Assembly: GCA_964016885.1 (NCBI GenBank)
Contig: OZ024741.1
Coordinates: 7,316,001 to 7,380,000, forward strand
DNA: 64,000 bases
Origin: Eledone cirrhosa
Lineage: Eukaryota
Direction: 5' to 3'
Part shown: piece by piece, positions 63,701 through 64,000 of the stretch
Position numbering within the stretch: position 1 is the first letter of the stretch
Layout: every line of letters starts with the position of its first letter
The notes under the pieces: generated by a model
Seen by the model: only the letters and a program-made list of their open reading frames with translations
What the model was told of the DNA's origin: nothing
The model's database searches: none
Position numbers and translations under genes: made by a program

Positions 63701-64000
63701 GGTGGTTTAGTGGTTAAGGGTGATGCGTTCACAATGGTATGGTCGTGTGTTGTGAAGGTCGGTAATTTAGTGGTTAGGTGTGATGGGTTCACAATGTTAA
63801 GGTGGTGTGTTCTGAAGGTCGGTGGTTTAGTGGTGAGGAGTGATGTGTTCACAATGGTAAGGTGGTGCGTTTTGAAGGTCGGTGGTTTAGTTGTGAGGGG
63901 TGATGGGTTCACAATGGTAAGGTGGTGTGTTGTGAAGGTCGGTGGTTTAGTGGTTAGGGGTGATGGGTTCACAATGGTAAGATGGTGTTGTGAAGGTCGG

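Larger units (their letters stand above)
1..64000 (+). repeat. 60-bp G/T-rich tandem satellite array (about 1,070 monomers, single orientation, runs off both window ends)
   Basis: The 60-nt sequence lines stay in register for long stretches (e.g. 1-1140, 2401-4980, 18301-20160, 55441-61441). The consensus monomer is at 421-480. Monomers usually differ from consensus by 0-5 substitutions, with occasional 1-2 bp indels. Confidence 0.99.

Noticed and set aside
1239-63972. Minus-strand Pro/Thr-rich ORFs as a giant mucin or adhesin CDS
   Set aside because: Recurrent in-frame stops (e.g. from the 'ggttattt' and 'ggttaagtgg' variants) and 1-2 bp indels are propagated by duplication, so they are not random sequencing errors. 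No non-repetitive domains are present.
1-64000. CRISPR array (regular period with a palindromic element)
   Set aside because: There are no unique spacers: the entire 60 bp is repeated. No cas genes or leader are present.
1-64000. Canonical telomerase-synthesised telomere tract
   Set aside because: TTAGGG never occurs in tandem. A 60-bp unit with inherited variants and kb-scale HORs indicates recombinational amplification, not templated addition.
1-64000. Embedded transposon, RNA gene, inversion or unique island
   Set aside because: Reading through the window, every line conforms to the monomer in the same orientation. No non-satellite segment was found.

Overview
The whole 64-kb window is one uninterrupted, head-to-tail satellite array of a 60-bp monomer, roughly 1,070 copies. 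The consensus is TGAAGGTCGGTGGTTTAGTGGTTAGGGGTGATGGGTTCACAATGGTAAGGTGGTGTGTTG, with a perfect copy at 421-480. The + strand is G/T-rich throughout (consensus G27 T20 A10 C3). I see no inversions, unique sequence, TE insertions or credible genes. The long ORFs are by-products of a 60-bp (3n) unit that lacks stops in one frame per strand. Each consensus monomer carries a TTAGGG, several telomere-like degenerate motifs and a 7-bp dyad (TTCACAA-N15-TTGTGAA) flanked directly by G-tracts. Linked variant monomers reveal nested higher-order repeats: about 9.7 kb x2, about 4.4 kb x3, 3,000 bp x2 with a nested 960 bp x2, and smaller 420-1,980 bp duplications. These are arranged in variant-defined domains. 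The best interpretation is a eukaryotic telomere-like (subtelomeric, interstitial or terminal) or centromeric satellite. The organism and chromosomal position cannot be determined from this window. All comparisons were made by eye and with ORF-track offsets, so boundaries are approximate.
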